Assembly (NCBI GenBank): GCA_963665095.1
Contig: OY762069.1
Location: 928,001 to 992,000, forward strand
Origin: an uncultured Desulfobacter sp.
GTDB lineage: Bacteria; Desulfobacterota; Desulfobacteria; Desulfobacterales; Desulfobacteraceae
Length of the DNA stretch: 64,000 nucleotides
Direction of reading: 5' to 3'
Below the pieces are notes generated by a model, which was not told where the DNA came from, searched no databases, and worked only from the letters and a program-made list of their open reading frames with translations. Below are positions 9,747 through 20,290 of the stretch, one piece after another; position 1 is the stretch's first letter; each line of letters starts with the position of its first letter. The translations under genes were made by a program, and so were the position numbers.

Positions 9747-11512
9747 TCGTGCCCAGATAAATCCGAATCGTTGGGATTCAACCGGACAGGAGGATGAAAT
9801 TCGATAATGTTACCCAGTGGGTGTAAGTCCCACATGAACAAAGCTTAGCCGGCAGTTCATTAGTGAAATCCACAGGCAAAGCCGGAGACGGAGGTCTGAA
9901 GCTGGATGGAACAAGATTGCAGGCTCTGCACTGAGCCCCGAAAAATGTATAGTTGTGGTCCATAAGGATAAACCCTGAAAGTGCGGGGGGAAAGCCGACG
10001 CATTCCAGCGTGACGGAAGGCAGCAGACTTACAGGCGCTATGGCAAGCCTGGGAGTCACCATCGGGGTCTTAGACCAGGGCATGTTCTCAAAGGGGTAGC
10101 TCGGGAACTGGGGAGGTCCGAATGCCTCCTTTTGCAGAAACGGTAAGGTGGATACCGTCCGGAAGGTAAAACACCTGAGGCAGCAGGAATCTCTCACTCC
10201 TGATGCTTGAAAAAGAAAAGTGGGAGGAAAATAAGGTACCGGGGGAGGATAGTTAATAGCGAACGAGCCTGGGAAGGACATTCGGAAGTCTTAGCTGATC
10301 ATAATACTGATGTTCAGGGGGGAATAAAACCCGAACGGCAAGGCGGGGAAGTGGTGCCCGAAGCGACCCGCTGAAGGAAAGGAGAGGCAGGGTATAACGT
10401 TTTTCCGGCAGGAACTATGGGAGACTCCCAGAGGTCACAAACCATATCAACGGACAGCCGGGAAATTGCGTCGCAGACAGCTATGAAATCCAAGGGAAAC
10501 ACAAAAGAACGGATAGCCGAACCTCTACCGATACTGGTGCCGGAGTCGTCGCTTGTCCATATCAGGACAATGGCAAAACAGGACCTACAGATGACGTTTA
10601 CATCTCTGGTCCACAAAGTTGACCTGTTCCTGCTGAATAAATCGTTTCGACAGTTGTGTAAAAACAGTGCCACCGGAGTAGACAAGGTCACGGTGGACAA
10701 GGGACCCCCCAGGGTGGAGTGATTTCGCCGGTACTCAGTAATATATTCCTGCACTATGTGCTGGACGACTGGTTTGCAAAAGTGGTTCAACCCCGGTTGA
10801 AGGGTAAAAGCTTTCTGATCAGGTTTGCCGATGACTTCATCGTCGGACTGCAGCTGGAATCAGATGCCAAAAGATTGTTGGAAGTTTTGCCAAGGCGGTT
10901 CAACCGCTACACTCTTGAACTTCATCCGAAAAAGACACGCCTGATTGCATTCGGAAAACCGGCCCGGAAGGGAAAGCCACAGGGGACGTTCGATTTCCTC
11001 GGGTTCACGTATTACTGGGGCAAAAGCCTTAAAGGCTACTGGGTGATCAAGAAGAAAACCACCCGCAAAAGGCGCAATCGGTTCATGCGGATGCTGTGGA
11101 GCTGGTGCAAGAAGCACAGGCATGACCCTATACGCGGTCAGCAGGAAACCTTGTGCAGCAAGTTGATGGGATTTTATCAATATTTCGGAGTACGGAGCAA
11201 TTTTAAGGTGCTGGAGGAGGTGTACGAATATGCTGCCACAGCCTGGAAACATTGGCTTGGCCAAAGGCATAGGAACGGGATATTGAACTACAAAAAGTTC
11301 AGCAGACTTCTAACCGGACATCCCCTGCCCAGGCCCCGGATTGTTCACAATATCTGAAAGGCTGCAAGGGCAGCAAAGTTATGCGCCAATCGGGGTGTCG
11401 CCTGATTGGTCGATGGCCCGGTAAAAGGGCCGGAGTCGAGGAACCGTACGAGGGAAATCTTCACGTACGGGTCTGTGGGGAGGGCGTCGGGTAACCGATG
11501 CCTTTACCCGGA
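9747..11512 (+). mobile_element. Class E-like group II intron with an internally deleted RT ORF
   Basis: Same termini as 7504-8291; domain V GAGGAACCGTACGAGGGAAATCTTCACGTACGG. Confidence 0.87.
10417..11357 (+). pseudogene. ltrA: Group II intron RT/maturase with central RT subdomains deleted, out of frame
   Basis: KNSATGVDKVT is joined directly to the (GTPQGG)VISPVLSNIFLHYVLD...RFADDF...FDFLGF segment. Confidence 0.88.
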
Positions 11513-11656
11513 AGAGGGGCCAGGCTTACTGCGCGGCCTTTCTAAAGTCCCTGGTTCAGGAAGATTAAACTTTTTATCGGAAGTTTTGGGGTTTAAAAAG
11601 CCTGGCCCCTCAAGTCCTCGTTATGCACCTACAAATCGAAACGAAAGAACATCATT

Positions 11657-12046
11657 GTGAAAATTGAACACATTGCACTTTGGACCGCAGACCTCGAACG
11701 TTCTCGTAGTTTTTACGTTGAATTTTTCGGTGCGAAGTCGAATGAAAAATATGAGAATAAGGAGACGGGTTTTTCTTCATACTTTCTGAGTTTTGGTTCG
11801 GGGTGTAGATTAGAAATTATGAACATGGCAGATCAAAGTAAATGTGAAGATAGTTTTGAAGAAAAGCATTTTGGGATTTCACACTTTGCCATTTCGGTTG
11901 GTTCGAAACAGGATGTTGATGAATTAACATTGTCTTTGGGTGAAAGAGGTTTCACTGTTGCGAGTCATCCTAGAAAAACGGGTGATGGTTATTATGAATC
12001 AGTAGTTCTTGATCCCGACGGTAATAGAATAGAGATAACAGAATAA
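11657..12046 (+). CDS. VOC/glyoxalase family protein (cassette gene)
   Basis: KIEHIALWTADLERSRSFY...HFAISVGS...TGDGYYESVVLDPDGNRIE. Confidence 0.9.
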   Translation: MKIEHIALWTADLERSRSFYVEFFGAKSNEKYENKETGFSSYFLSFGSGCRLEIMNMADQSKCEDSFEEKHFGISHFAISVGSKQDVDELTLSLGERGFTVASHPRKTGDGYYESVVLDPDGNRIEITE

Positions 12047-12053
12047 AAAACGC

Positions 12054-12074
12054 GCATGAAGCGCGGCGTTATAC
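12054..12074 (+). other. Collapsed (internally deleted) attC
   Basis: GCAT (start of the expected GCATAAC) joined to GAAGCGCGGC GTTATAC. Confidence 0.5.
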
Positions 12075-12132
12075 GTAAGCAAAAATTAACTCCGAATTAT
12101 TCAAAAAAAGAGCAATAAAATGATAAAAAAAA

Positions 12133-12522
12133 ATGAGCAGATGGGGTGTTGGGCCAATTTTCGCTTCGTTATCAATCAGTTACGGGTTAATAATGTTATT
12201 AATCAGTAAATATTATCAACCTTTGTTTCAATTCTGTTTTATACCGTATTGGTTACTGCGGGTAGTAGGAATTCTATTCATTATAATCGGCACATTATTT
12301 TTTATCATTTCAGTAAAAGCCGTTATGCAAGCCTACAATTCAGATAAACTTGTCACTAAAGGTGTATATCAGTTTTGTCGCCATCCACTATACACATCAT
12401 GGGGCGTTTTTATTGTTCCTGGAATTGTATTTTTGGCAAATAGTTGGTTAGGGATGACAGCTCCTATATTTATGTATTTTTTGTTACGGAAATTAGTGAC
12501 AAAAAAAGAAAATAGACCCTAA
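12133..12522 (+). pseudogene. Isoprenylcysteine/phospholipid methyltransferase-family membrane protein, C-terminally truncated
   Basis: LVTKGVYQFCRHPLY motif; the usual EE..L...FG..Y tail is absent. Confidence 0.7.
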
Positions 12523-12676
12523 CAATGGAGACGCACTTTTAAATATTGCTCAGTCTTTTTGTGAAAGAGGCGAAAACGAAAAAGCTTGGGAATATCTTAA
12601 AAAAGCTCAAAATCTGAATATTGAAATTCATCCTGAGATGTTAAAAGAAATGAAAGCTACTTGCCCAAACAATTAA
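12512..12676 (+). pseudogene. C-terminal fragment of a TPR-like protein
   Basis: Manual translation IDPNNGDALLNIAQSFCERGENEKAWEYLKKAQNL...; no start codon. Confidence 0.55.
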
Positions 12677-12683
12677 CAATGAG

Positions 12684-12771
12684 ATCCAACCTGCCTCATA
12701 ACACGGACCGCCGGGGGCGAGCTCCGGTTCCCTTCGCTGCGTTCGGCGGTCCCTGAACTCCAAGGTTATAT
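12684..12771 (+). other. attC site (88 nt)
   Basis: ATCCAAC...GGACCGCCG...CGGCGGTCC...GTTATAT. Confidence 0.7.
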
Positions 12772-12786
12772 TTCAAAGGAGAAACA

Positions 12787-13299
12787 ATGGCAGTACCAGC
12801 AAACAAAGAGGAATTATTAAAAGCAATCCAAACAAATTATAAAAAATTGAAAGATGACCTCATAAGTATCCCTTCAGAATTAACTGAAACACAGGAAATG
12901 GAAGGGCATGTTAAAAACACCCAAATGAGTATATGTAATTTGATGGCTTATCTTATTGGCTGGGGCAATCTTGTTCTTAAATGGCACAAAATTTATTCCG
13001 GTGGTTCTATGCCTGATTTACCCGAGACCGGATTCAAAATGAACGAAATGGGAAGATTGGCTCAGAAATTTTATAAAGATTACGAGAATGACAATTTTGA
13101 GTCTCTTCTCAAGCAATATGATGAAGTTGTATCAAAAATTCTTGATTTAATAGAAAGTCTTGATAACAAGTATCTTTACGAAATAGACTGGTATAAAAAG
13201 TATCCTTTTGGCAGAATGATTCAATTTAACACTTCCTCGCCGTACGCCAATGCTCGCGCAAGGATACGTAAATGGAAAAAAGCAAAAGGCATATCATAA
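12787..13299 (+). CDS. ClbS/DfsB (DUF1706) four-helix-bundle protein (cassette gene)
   Basis: MAVPANKEELL...YLIGWG.LVLKW...PETGFK.NEMG.LA..FY...NTSSPY.NAR.RIRKWKK. Confidence 0.85.
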   Translation: MAVPANKEELLKAIQTNYKKLKDDLISIPSELTETQEMEGHVKNTQMSICNLMAYLIGWGNLVLKWHKIYSGGSMPDLPETGFKMNEMGRLAQKFYKDYENDNFESLLKQYDEVVSKILDLIESLDNKYLYEIDWYKKYPFGRMIQFNTSSPYANARARIRKWKKAKGIS

Positions 13300-13322
13300 A
13301 ATAAAAGAAAACAAGGATAAAA

Positions 13323-13583
13323 ATGAATAAAACGTGTCAAAGTTGCGGAATGCCAATGAAACGAGACCCAAAATCTGGTGGTACTAACGCTGATGGAAGC
13401 AAAAATGAAATGTATTGTAGTTATTGCTATCAATCAGGAAAATTTACCCAACCTGATATTACAACACCAGAACAAATGCAGGATTTTTGTGTGGAAAAAA
13501 TGAAAGAAATGGGCTTCCCAAGAATAATTGGTAGGTTTTTCACTCGCAATGTTCCAAAACTTGAAAGATGGAAAGAAAAATAA
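13323..13583 (+). CDS. Zinc-ribbon domain protein (second gene of the cassette)
   Basis: CQSCGMPM...GTNADGS...YCSYCY...LERW. Confidence 0.85.
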   Translation: MNKTCQSCGMPMKRDPKSGGTNADGSKNEMYCSYCYQSGKFTQPDITTPEQMQDFCVEKMKEMGFPRIIGRFFTRNVPKLERWKEK

Positions 13584-13585
13584 AA

Positions 13586-13646
13586 ATATAACCAATCGTT
13601 TGATAGGGCCGCTCCTATCGTCGCGCCCTTCAACTCCGCGTTAGCC
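13586..13646 (+). other. attC site (short, 61 nt, intact)
   Basis: ATATAAC (complement of GTTATAT at 12765)...GTTAGCC. Confidence 0.85.
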
Positions 13647-13684
13647 CCCCAAACACCGAAGTGAACTAAAAAAATGGAAATACA

Positions 13685-14080
13685 ATGAAACCAAATGAAT
13701 TATCACCATGTTTTTGCACAAATGATGTAGATAACTGTCGCCAATTTTATACCAAATATTTTGCGGCAAAAATTATTTTTGATTGTGGTTGGTACGTAAA
13801 TTTAAGCTTTGGAGAAGATGGCCCAACGATCCAGTTCATGCAACCGCAAGAAGATATGCCAACATATGGCGGGACAGGCATCACGCTCAATTTTAAAGTC
13901 GAAAATGTAGATGCTGAATATAATCGGTTAATTGATGCGGGCTTTCAAATAGCAATGCCTTTGGAAGACCATCCTTGGGGCGATAGAGGATTTTCTGTAA
14001 TTGATCCCATTGGTAATTCTGTTTATATCTATTCAGACAGAGAACCAACAGAAGAGTTTAAGCAATATTATAAGGGCTAA
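13685..14080 (+). CDS. VOC/glyoxalase family protein (cassette gene)
   Basis: PLEDHPWGDRGFSVIDPIGN; stop codon lies inside R''. Confidence 0.88.
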   Translation: MKPNELSPCFCTNDVDNCRQFYTKYFAAKIIFDCGWYVNLSFGEDGPTIQFMQPQEDMPTYGGTGITLNFKVENVDAEYNRLIDAGFQIAMPLEDHPWGDRGFSVIDPIGNSVYIYSDREPTEEFKQYYKG

Positions 14081-14206
14081 CAAAGCCGCTGAACCCGACC
14101 GGGCTTATCTGCACGGCGTTTTGAAGCTGGTTGGTTAATGAAATTTTGAACTTTTTACTGGAGCTGGTGTGGTTTTAACGCCCGGCCGGTTAGCTCCCCG
14201 TTGGGG
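14075..14206 (+). other. attC site (long, ~132 nt) followed by an intron
   Basis: GGCTAAC (complement of GTTAGCC)...CCGACCGGGC/GCCCGGCCGG...GTTGGGG. Confidence 0.85.
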
Positions 14207-15211
14207 GTGCGACACGAGGTCGCATTATTGGCTGTTTGGCGGGCCAGTCGGTCCTGACCAAACCCGGCATTCTCCTGCCGGTACCCTATGTGGCATGCGG
14301 TTACCGGTGCATCCGGCAACGGTGTGAAGCCCAACCGACAAAGTACCGAATTCCGCAGGTGCGGAAGGGGTGGAAGCCGTGAGGCGGATACCCTCCTGGA
14401 AGCCTCATTCCGGGTGAGGGCAAGGGTTTGAATGATATGGTCAAATTAATTGAATGTTCCGTAAGTACCGTCAGGGAGAACAAGCTAAAGAGGCTGGTAA
14501 CCTTGGACCAAAAGGTGAGCGGTCAGGTTGCAGGTTTCTTAGCTGCCTGCACGTAGATGTTGCGCCGCCGGTGCTTAAGGACAGGCCTAAGTCATCCATT
14601 AATTGGCAATAATGTGGAACGTGGAAAGTCGGCCATGTCCCTATGGATAAGATGATCCTCACCAAATGTCTGGCTGCAGGGTTTATGGAAAATGGTAAGC
14701 TCTTTCCAACAGGTCGGGGGACACCCCAGGGAGGCATTGCCTCCCCGATACTTGCCAACATGGTTCTGGACGGCATTGAAGAAACTGCTAAATCCGTTGC
14801 ACCTGTCAGAGACCGGCGTAACGGTAAGGACATCAGTTCTAAAATCAACGTTGTCCGGTACACTGATGACTTCATCGTTACCGGTGCCACCCGGGAACTT
14901 CTTGAAGATAAGGTCAAACCGGCAATAATCAGCTTTCTTTCGGAACGGGATCTTTCCCTGTGATGCCAATCCTTTTGATCCGGAACACCAACAATACTTC
15001 CGGACAAGACGTGTGAAACCTAAGATGATCCCAGTCACAGCTGCCGAGGAAATATGTGATGGAATAACTGTAAATTTCAGTATTGGCAAGGGAAAACAGT
15101 CGGGCGGCCCCGCAAGGCTTAGTCTTAGAAATGCTTGAGCCGTATGACGGGAAACTGTCATGTACGGTTCTGAGGGGGGAAAGGAACTGTAAAGTTCCTG
15201 ACCTACCCGAT
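14207..15211 (+). mobile_element. CL/IIB-like group II intron, internally deleted; RT fragment at 14643-14963
   Basis: GTGCGACACG...domain V GAGCCGTATGACGGGAAACTGTCATGTACGGTTC...ACCCGAT; fragment has GTPQGGIASP and YTDD. Confidence 0.88.
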
Positions 15212-15280
15212 CGTTAAAAACCAACGGGATGCAAAAAAAGGCATATTGTAAATAGTATCACTCGGTGCTATATTATAGTC

Positions 15281-15649
15281 ATGCGAAAATTAATGACAAA
15301 GCACTTTGTGAAATGGGCTTCAAAGCAAAAAATACCAATCAATAATTTAGAAACAGCATTGGAAGAAGTCGGTAGCGGAAATTACGAAGCAAATTTGGGT
15401 GGTCACATTTACAAAAAAAGAATTCGTTTCCCTGGTCAAGGCAAAAGAGGTAGTGGAAGAACGATTGTTTGCTATGAAAAAGGAAGTAGAATCATTTTTA
15501 TCCATGGTTTCTCAAAAAATGAAAAATCAAACCTTTCACCCAAAGAGCTATTTGTCTTCAAGGAACTCGCTAAAATTTTACTTTCTTTTTCTGAAAGTGA
15601 AATTGATATAGCGGTCCAAAATGGTGATTTAAAAGAGGTGGCAACATGA
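15281..15649 (+). CDS. RelE/ParE-superfamily toxin (cassette gene)
   Basis: EANLGGHIYKKRI...GKRGSGRTI...FIHGFSKNEKSNL. Confidence 0.88.
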   Translation: MRKLMTKHFVKWASKQKIPINNLETALEEVGSGNYEANLGGHIYKKRIRFPGQGKRGSGRTIVCYEKGSRIIFIHGFSKNEKSNLSPKELFVFKELAKILLSFSESEIDIAVQNGDLKEVAT

Positions 15650-15951
15650 GAAAATCAATTTCAGATTCAATAACGGAAACCGTAAGGGACTTAAATAAAA
15701 GTGGCCTTGTGGATGACATCACTCTAAGAAATATAGAAAAATTATGTCTTCCGGAAGTTAAAGACTATTCCCCAAAAAAAATAACCGAAATTAGAAAAAA
15801 ATTTAATTTAAGCCAAGCCGCATTAGCAAGCGTTTTCAATATTAGCACCTCTACTGTACAGAAATGGGAACAGGGTAATAAAAAACCTACAGGAGCCTCA
15901 AGGAAATTGTTGGATATCATGGAAAGAAAAGGCTTAGAGGCTTTAATATAA
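15646..15951 (+). CDS. HTH-XRE antitoxin
   Basis: LSQAALASVFNISTSTVQKWEQGNKKPTG; ATGA overlap with the toxin. Confidence 0.88.
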   Translation: MRKSISDSITETVRDLNKSGLVDDITLRNIEKLCLPEVKDYSPKKITEIRKKFNLSQAALASVFNISTSTVQKWEQGNKKPTGASRKLLDIMERKGLEALI

Positions 15952-15955
15952 ATTC

Positions 15956-16708
15956 GCACAATAGGGGCAGGACTCCCCATTACTGAGGAGCCCTCCCACA
16001 CCATCCGGCATACGGATCTCGTACCAAGGCGGTTCGGCTGGTATGAATAAAATCAGTTGTAGGTTATCCCACCGATTTTATCGGGTTTTGGGCAAAGTCT
16101 TGCTATGGAAATTTCGGCCACTGCCGCATTATTCCCATAAAATCCTTTTACTTACTCACCACAACCATTTACCCAAGCCATTCGGCCCGGGTACCGTTCA
16201 GGCCTTCATCGGGGTGAGGCCTCCGGGTGTACTTCTCCCATGCGGTCAGGACCAGTTACCCGGCCCTCAGCCAATCCGGCACATGGGAGATCTCCCGGGG
16301 TAAACACGTGTCTTTCAGTACGTGAATGCCGGATTTACGGACATACCCTGTAATGGATAGAGGACTTCACCTTGTTGTGCAGGCTCGTCCAGGTATGTGC
16401 GCCTTATATCCGATTCCTGTACGTCATCCCGTACCTTCGTGGTACCTTGCCTCAGCAAGGCGGCTTCCTCCCGAAGCACCGTCACCGGTACCCCGTTGCA
16501 CTACCACTACACCCTTCGCCTCCATCCGGCTGGGTCTAAGACTTGCCAAAGGCATTGAAATCGTTTACGTTTGACTCACTTTTAAGAACACGTGCCGTGC
16601 CCGGCACACACAAAACGCTTCAGGTCGAAAGACCTTGGTTTCTGAAAAGAATTTAATTCGGGGAAGTCCTTGGTTTTAGTCTCCGGGCGGCTGAGCTCCC
16701 CGTTCTCG
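15956..16708 (+). other. attC site (~104 nt when reconstituted); R'' split by a IIC intron and R' followed by a CL intron
   Basis: GCACA|intron|ACAAAACGCTTCAG...GGGCGGCTGAGCTCCCC GTTCTCG. Confidence 0.75.
15961..16609 (-). mobile_element. ORF-less group IIC-attC intron (649 nt)
   Basis: Bottom strand starts GTGTGCCGGGCACGG; domain V GAACCGCCTTGGTACGAGATCCGTATGCCGG (CGC triad); ends CCCTAT; target TTGT/T. Confidence 0.88.
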
Positions 16709-17773
16709 GTGCGACACGAGGTCGCATTATTGGCTGTTTGGCGGGCCAGTCGGTCCTGACCAAACCCGGCATTCTCCTGCCGGTACCATAGGTGGCATGC
16801 GGTTCCCGGTGCATCCGGCAACGGTGTGAAGCCCAAACGACAAAGTACCGAATTCCGCAGCTGCGGAAGGGGTGGAAGCCGTGAGGCGGATACCCTCCTG
16901 GAAGCCTCAATCCGGGTGAGGGCAAGGGTTTGGATGATATGGTCAAAGTAGTTGAATGTTCCGTAAGTACCGTCAGGGAGAACAAGCTAAAGAGGCTGGT
17001 AAGCTTGGACCAAAAGGTGAGCGGTCAGGTTGCAGGTTTCGGAACTGGCTGCACGGAGATGTTGCGCCGCCGGTGCTTAAGGGCAGACCTAAGTCATCCA
17101 TAAATTGGCAATAATGCGGAACGTGGAAACCCCGTATCTTCGCCGGGAGTATTCGGCAGGTGAAACCGTAAGGCACACTGATGGAGGTGCGGGCGTAAGA
17201 TCCAGGAAAAAGCGAATGCCGTCTTGTAATGAGATGGATACGGATTGAGGCGTATATCCCCAACATTACCCGGCCCGAAAGGGAACTGACGTCCTGCGGG
17301 TGTGACTACAGACACACCCGGGCAGGTGTTTCTTTGTGAGAGAGTTTGGAGAATCTTTGAGGATGGGAAAGCAAATGACGGCAATGGCTGGTGCGCCCAT
17401 CAGCAGCTTTACGCTGTTAAAAGACTGTAGATACGTATCGCAAAGGTTGTTAAAGTAGCACACGGGATATACGCCAGAGGTTCTTTCAAAAGGATGCATT
17501 TTCTTTTGACTCGGAAAAAGAACAGTACTTTCCGAGAGAATGCTCAAGGACATATGCTATGAATTAACTGTAAATTTCATTATTGTCAGGGCCGTCTTGA
17601 AAATGCAGCCAAATCCCCGGTTTGAAAATGTATGTTCTTAGCTGGTTTTTCTTCTCTTAAAAATCAAATTTAAAAATTTCGTCTTCTTCATTTTTTTCCT
17701 TTCTTTGCCCTCTGCTTTTTTCCGTACATACTGATCTTATTCATGTCTGATTTGAATCGGAGGCAATATGTAG

Positions 17774-18340
17774 ATGGGACTACTCAAGAAAAGAAGGTGC
17801 CGAAATTGTAGAAGATTATTCGCTCCTAATCCAAGAAATATAGACTCTCAAAAATACTGTTCCAGATCTGAGTGCAGAAAAGCCAGCAAAAGGTGCAGCC
17901 AGAAAAAATGGCTGAACAAGCCTGAAAATCGAAACTACTTTTGTGGGCCTGCCCATGTTGAACGTGTTCAGGAATGGAGAAAGAAGAATCCCGGATATTG
18001 GAAGAAGACCAAAAGCCCAGATACGTTACAAGACTCGATATGTCCCCAACAGGCTGAAAATAAACAGGATTCAACGCAATTCATGGACAATGCGTTACAA
18101 GATTTCTTACGGGCGCAACCTCCTGTCATTATAGGGTTAATCGCCAACTTTACAGGCAGTGCGTTACAAGATGACATCGCTTCCACGCTCCTTCGTATGA
18201 AAAAATACGGGCAAGACATTTTATGTTCACAACCCCAAAAAGAAGGAGAGCAAAATGATTGCAAAGGCCCCCATTTTACCATCCAGGGTTCGAAAAACAC
18301 CCCAAAGCTTCAGTTGGATCGATCATCGCCTGGTGCGTGA
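17774..18340 (+). CDS. Hypothetical Cys-rich protein (IS21 passenger)
   Basis: CRNC...YCSRSEC putative Zn site; overlaps the next ORF. Confidence 0.7.
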   Translation: MGLLKKRRCRNCRRLFAPNPRNIDSQKYCSRSECRKASKRCSQKKWLNKPENRNYFCGPAHVERVQEWRKKNPGYWKKTKSPDTLQDSICPQQAENKQDSTQFMDNALQDFLRAQPPVIIGLIANFTGSALQDDIASTLLRMKKYGQDILCSQPQKEGEQNDCKGPHFTIQGSKNTPKLQLDRSSPGA

Positions 18341-18641
18341 ACGGCACATTGACAGGTGTACACACTCCCAGTCCGCCCTATATCTGTTTCTGGTGTGTGT
18401 GGCCGACAGTCAAGGCATCAGCTACTATGGAGATAAGGCGATCATGGATCGGCTGTGCATGGATTCTGATGGCCTGAAGACAGCACGTTCCGGGTTAATA
18501 CAGAATGGGCTGATTGCCTGGCAGAGACCTATTTACCAGGTGCTTGCCCTTGACCCTGCTCCTGGTAAATCAAAACGGCACGGCTCCATGCTGCGTCTTT
18601 CAGATATTCTAAAAGCAGCAGCGGAGGGCAACCATGATTGA
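18255..18641 (+). CDS. Hypothetical winged-helix-like protein (IS21 passenger)
   Basis: FSWIDHRL...ALYLFLVCVAD..G.SYY; overlaps the istA start. Confidence 0.7.
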   Translation: MIAKAPILPSRVRKTPQSFSWIDHRLVRERHIDRCTHSQSALYLFLVCVADSQGISYYGDKAIMDRLCMDSDGLKTARSGLIQNGLIAWQRPIYQVLALDPAPGKSKRHGSMLRLSDILKAAAEGNHD

Positions 18642-19608
18642 TTACGAAACCTATGTTCAAATCAGAAATTACTTTACCCGAGACGGCCTGACATACAGCC
18701 AGATTGCCAATGCCCTTGATCTGGACCCCAGGACAGTTGCCAGGTGGGCCAACCTGAAAAGGTACCAGCCCAGACAGTCAGCCCCCAGAGAAAGCAAGCT
18801 TGATCCGTATAAGAACGCCATCCTGCATATGCTTGAAAAACATCCCTACAGTTCCCGCCAGATATTTCAACGAATCACCCAGGATGGTTTTGCCGGGGGC
18901 ATCACCATTGTTGAGGATTATGTCAGGAAGGTGCGGCCGCCCAAAACAAAGGCGTATTTGAAACTGAGTTTTGCTCCGGGTGAAGCTGCCCAGGTGGACT
19001 GGGGTTCTTATAGTACAGTAAGGGTGGGCAACACGACCCGGCGGTTGAGCTTTTTTGTGATGGTGATGTGCCACAGCCGCATGATGTACGTTGAGTTCAC
19101 GGTCTCCCAGACCATGGAGCATTTTTTAGGCTGCCACCAGAATGCATTTGAGTTTTTTGGAAAGGTGCCGGAAAAGGTCATGGTGGACAATCTCAAATCC
19201 GCTGTTCTAAAAAGACTGCTGGGGAAAGCCCCGGTCTTCAACCCCAGATACCTTGATTTTGCAGATTATTACGGATTTACAATTGTTCCCTGTAATGTGC
19301 GCAAGGGTAATGAAAAAGGCCGGGTTGAAAATGCTGTGGGCTATGTCAAAAAGAATCTGCTCAACGGTCTTGAAATCCCTGATTTTAAGATCATGGAGCC
19401 CACCTGCAAACACTGGCTTGATACTGTCGCCAATGTCAGAACCCACGGAGAGACCGGTCAAAAGCCCGCATGAGAATGATCACAAAAAATCATGGAAAAA
19501 TTAAAGATAATTTGCAAGATATGCCAGGGATGAGGCAGAAGCTCCCCCGTTTATCTCGCAAATAATCAATGGAACTTCTGCCCCTATTACCCTAACAGGG
19601 CAGGAGAT

Positions 19609-20184
19609 ATGCTATCAGAACTTATTAAAAACAAAAATCTTTTTTTCCATCTTTACGAAATCGATAAAAATACAGCAAAACAGTACAGACAGTTGCCTTG
19701 TCCGCATTGTGGAGGCCCCTTATATTTCAGCAATTACATGCGCAAGCCCCGGGGAGAGCCTGAGGGCGTGCCGGAGGAATTCTTTATTCAGTTCAGCCTA
19801 TGTTGTGGAACCGAAGGGTGTCGCAAAAGATTGATGCCGCCGTCCTGCCGTTTTCTGGGGAGAAAAGTCTACTGGTTTGCAGTTATTCTGTGTGTTTTAA
19901 CAGACTGGCAAAATACCAATGAAAAAATCACCGTTTATGATTTGTCCATACGAACTGGCATTAGCCGGAACACAATAAACCGCTGGCTTGCCTTTTTTCA
20001 GGATACATTTCCAGTGAGCCGAACCTGGCGAAGGCTTCGGGGGCAGATATCCGCTGGTGTCAGTAACAGCCGTCTGCCGTCAAGTTTCATCAATTATTGC
20101 CGGGCGGTGAAATCCAACGCCGAAAACGCACTTGTATCAAGCCTGATAATCTTATCAGGCGGGTCCAAAATCAGGGCCGGATAA
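19609..20184 (+). CDS. Putative Zn-finger/HTH protein (DUF6431-like)
   Basis: CPHCGG...FSLCC...CRKR..P...RFLGRKVY...ISRNTINRW. Confidence 0.7.
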   Translation: MLSELIKNKNLFFHLYEIDKNTAKQYRQLPCPHCGGPLYFSNYMRKPRGEPEGVPEEFFIQFSLCCGTEGCRKRLMPPSCRFLGRKVYWFAVILCVLTDWQNTNEKITVYDLSIRTGISRNTINRWLAFFQDTFPVSRTWRRLRGQISAGVSNSRLPSSFINYCRAVKSNAENALVSSLIILSGGSKIRAG

Positions 20185-20290
20185 TCTCGCGCAGAGGATG
20201 AACATAGACAAATATATGCAGGCTGTTTTACCACCTGATTTCAGACGTTGATCCGAAATTTTAACCTGAAATTAAAAAGGAGCCTGATTT

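Larger units (their letters stand above)
9730..11626 (+). other. attC site (~131 nt when reconstituted) split by a class E-like intron
   Basis: R'' TGATAAC (complement of GTTATCA at 9059); body 11513-11626 nearly identical to 28394-28508; R' GTTATGC. Confidence 0.85.

Noticed and set aside
7487..10790. Short ORFs overlapping intron RNA domains (e.g. 7617-7937, 9778-10281; likewise 16326-16574 and 28100-28348)
   Set aside because: These are chance frames in repeated ribozyme sequence.
1093..14963. Retron, DGR or other defence reverse transcriptases
   Set aside because: All RT sequences lie inside recognisable group II intron RNA termini and domains V/VI.
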